Shown here: piece after piece, positions 61,589 through 64,000 of the stretch
Layout of the letters: every line of letters begins with the position of its first letter
Numbering within the stretch: position 1 is the stretch's first letter
Assembly: GCA_963753595.1 (NCBI GenBank)
Contig: CAVWCX010000022.1
Span: 11,821 to 75,820 of the forward strand
Origin: Candidatus Methanoperedenaceae archaeon
GTDB taxonomy: Archaea > Halobacteriota > Methanosarcinia > Methanosarcinales > Methanoperedenaceae
DNA length: 64,000 nucleotides
Direction: 5' to 3'
The notes under the pieces: model-generated
The model's database searches: none
What the model saw: only the letters and a program-made list of their open reading frames with translations
What the model was told of the DNA's origin: nothing
Made by a program: the position numbers and the translations under genes

Positions 61589-62368
61589 TTATGTGATTTC
61601 AACATATGTATCATAATTTCCGTCCTTATCACCTAATACATAAAGGTTCACATATTTATCCTCTAATACTAGACCGATTCCTTGATATTCAATTCCATAA
61701 TGGAAATTTCCTCTCCCATAGAATTCAGCTGAGGTTCCACCAGCGTAATTATATCCACCTTCTTCCCAGTTAGAGACTTGCCATACACTTAAGGTACCTC
61801 TTGTATACCATGAATCTATATGGTGAGCTTCAACTTGAGTCCCATCATACGCAAAATAACCTTTTGTATACACGGTAAAAAGTAATAAATTAACCCAACT
61901 ATATTTGCTCCAATATGCAATAATTGTATTTGTATTACTCATGCTTTGAATTCCTAACGTAGGAGCATAACTAATGCCTTGATTTGGTAAAGGTGTTGCA
62001 ATAGCATTATTTTCTTCTTTTACCTCAGTTATATAAAATAAATCTCCATCAGTAAAAGTTATTTGTATTCCGTTGTTTAGTTTATATGTTCTATCTTCGC
62101 TTTTAATTAAACTCGTGTCACTTTTCGTGTTTATATTACTGTTTAATTTGATTTTATCACTATTAGATTTGATATAATGGTTAATTATATCCTCAGTGGA
62201 TGCTCCTTCTTTTTTAGAGTTTAAAGCATCAATTAATCCTTGCTCTAATTCAGAGGATTTCTGAGTTACAATTAATTCTTTATTCGCACTCACTGCCGGC
62301 ACAAACGCCATGCTCAACAGCAACATCGCCGCAAGCACCGCGCCTAATTGCATTCCTTTATTTTTCAT
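61589..62368 (-). CDS. Secreted hypothetical protein
   Basis: Sec signal MKNKGMQLGAVLAAMLLLSMAFVPAVSA; aromatic beta-rich C-domain; SD AGGAG. Confidence 0.8.
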   Translation of the reverse strand: MKNKGMQLGAVLAAMLLLSMAFVPAVSANKELIVTQKSSELEQGLIDALNSKKEGASTEDIINHYIKSNSDKIKLNSNINTKSDTSLIKSEDRTYKLNNGIQITFTDGDLFYITEVKEENNAIATPLPNQGISYAPTLGIQSMSNTNTIIAYWSKYSWVNLLLFTVYTKGYFAYDGTQVEAHHIDSWYTRGTLSVWQVSNWEEGGYNYAGGTSAEFYGRGNFHYGIEYQGIGLVLEDKYVNLYVLGDKDGNYDTYVEIT

Positions 62369-62404
62369 ATTTTTATTTCTCCTTTATATTTTCTTTTCTT
62401 TACT

Positions 62405-62523
62405 CCCTTCATCAGGCGCGGCGCTGGCTTTAAATAAGTTCAAAGCTAATCTTACCATGCCTTCGGGCGATCCGGGGTTCAGTTGCTCTCGCAGAACCGC
62501 TGAATCCCACGTTTTTCATGGGC
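62405..62523 (-). promoter_or_regulatory. Conserved structured leader motif, long copy
   Basis: GC-rich hairpins inside an AT-rich intergenic region; core shared with 60629-60679. Confidence 0.6.
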
Positions 62524-62759
62524 TATAAAATTCAGTTGTTAGAGTTTTTTTATCTCCCCAACCTGCCAACTTTACCGACCCATTTTTTTTGTACAGATTT
62601 TATCTGTACACCGACATATTTTCATGTATAATATTTAAACATATCGTTTTTTATATCAATATTACAAAAAACTAAAAAGAAAATGTTTAAATAAACAATT
62701 GTGATGCTAAATTACAAAAACTAGTTCATATTTATATGAACTAAACACGGGGAATAAGA

Positions 62760-63581
62760 ATGTTTTTGAAAAATCCATATATATCAATACTTAAATTGAA
62801 AAGCAGTATCGTTGACCTTTCTGTGGTAGCAGTAACATGCGCAGTCCTTGGCACCTGGGATTACAGGGCAGCTATCGGGATCATCGCCGGGATAATGATC
62901 CACGGCGCATGTGATATCATAAATGATATCTATGATGTTGAAATAGATAAAATCTGTAAGCCAAAGGGTGCGATAGCATCAGGTCAGATATCAGAGAAAA
63001 ATGCATGGGGATACATGATTTTATTAATTTCGGCTGCGCTTACTATTTCATTTAATCTGAGCTTTATTCTTTTTACATGCCTTCTGGCAGGAATTATTGT
63101 GGGGGGAATTATGTACTCCCACCCTTCATTCCGTTTAAAGGACAAGCCCGGCATGGCAATGGCAAATATGGGATTATGTTTCGCTCTTGAATCAATAGGT
63201 ATATGGAGCATATATTCCCCTGTTGGCAGAGATAGTTTAATAGTTGCCACCTACATATTCATACTTGTATTCTCTCTCACATTCATGAAGGATTTTAAGG
63301 ATGTGGCAGGAGATATTAATTCATTGCCGCTCTTGCTTGGTATTCGCAAGGCCGCAATAGTATGCAGCGCAATGACAATACTGCCGCTAATCCCTCTTTT
63401 ATACATAATAATCAGATACCTGAATTTTTATATTGCTGCGATAATTTATATTGTGTTAATTGCAAGCTGTATAAAAATCCTTATGGGAAATCCAGTTGCG
63501 CAAGGCCATCGGCTTAAAGACTGGATGATCATGGCATTGACTGTCCCCAACTTCTTTATGTTCTTTGCTACGATCATTTAG
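62760..63581 (+). CDS. UbiA family prenyltransferase
   Basis: INDIYDVEIDKICKP..IASG, YS.P.FRLK, KDFKDVAGD. Confidence 0.92.
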   Translation: MFLKNPYISILKLKSSIVDLSVVAVTCAVLGTWDYRAAIGIIAGIMIHGACDIINDIYDVEIDKICKPKGAIASGQISEKNAWGYMILLISAALTISFNLSFILFTCLLAGIIVGGIMYSHPSFRLKDKPGMAMANMGLCFALESIGIWSIYSPVGRDSLIVATYIFILVFSLTFMKDFKDVAGDINSLPLLLGIRKAAIVCSAMTILPLIPLLYIIIRYLNFYIAAIIYIVLIASCIKILMGNPVAQGHRLKDWMIMALTVPNFFMFFATII

Positions 63582-63584
63582 TCA

Positions 63585-64000
63585 TTATAAAGGCAAATCA
63601 TGCAAGTCTTTCAAAACCTCAGCAGAATCACTTCCTTTACCTATCTGGAAGAATTCTTTTAGTTTTTTTATTGCATTTTTGTCAATGAAGAAATCACTTA
63701 TTGTTTTATATTTATTCATCAGCAGGCTTACTTTGATATTTTTGTACCTGTTAACAAGATAATTCTTACTATAAACCGCAGCGTCCTGGTCAGATGTTGC
63801 CCTTCCGACTATTATCGCCATAGTCTTGTCACCAAAACAGTGATAAACATTCTGCAGGATCACACAGCCCGAGATGGTCGGAACTACTGCGATATCCCCC
63901 TTCTTCGTTGCATATTCATCAGTCATTACCACATGTATTTTTTCAATTTCAAGCAGTTGTTCTTCATTTTCCGCTTCAGCTAGAATTATAAATTCCGTCG
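63585..64000 (-). CDS. Hypothetical protein, 3' part (frame stays open to the window end)
   Basis: The frame of ORF 63585-63932 continues upstream as TEFIILAEAENEEQLLEIEKIH with no stop. Confidence 0.65.
   Translation of the reverse strand, partial: TEFIILAEAENEEQLLEIEKIHVVMTDEYATKKGDIAVVPTISGCVILQNVYHCFGDKTMAIIVGRATSDQDAAVYSKNYLVNRYKNIKVSLLMNKYKTISDFFIDKNAIKKLKEFFQIGKGSDSAEVLKDLHDLPL

Overview
Archaeal chromosomal window from a Methanosarcinales-type methane-cycling archaeon. It carries the F430 genes cfbD-cfbC-cfbB plus sepS, MCM, Cdc48, FtsZ and an F390-synthetase-like gene; a Ca. Methanoperedens/ANME-2d-like identity is my inference only. Housekeeping blocks alternate with accessory patches. 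Main observations: (1) an orphan CRISPR mini-array at 4606-4745 with two 37-nt spacers and no cas genes in the window, directly behind an unknown Cys4 protein and next to a Doc toxin with a convergent antitoxin-like peptide. (2) Two 1542-bp copies of a DDE IS in inverted orientation with swapped target duplications, which reconstructs a ~25.5-kb inversion splitting an LVIVD-repeat gene and an ABC permease gene. (3) A cassette-accretion hotspot between lhr and pyrK, with repeated copies of the pyrK 3' end and three TA modules whose toxins are deleted while the antitoxins are intact. (4) A duplicated structured leader motif (AGCCAGCGCCGCGCCTGATGA) upstream of two exported-protein genes. (5) Dispersed REP-like hairpins. 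No tRNA or rRNA genes were recognised. Family names come from motif recognition, not from database searches.
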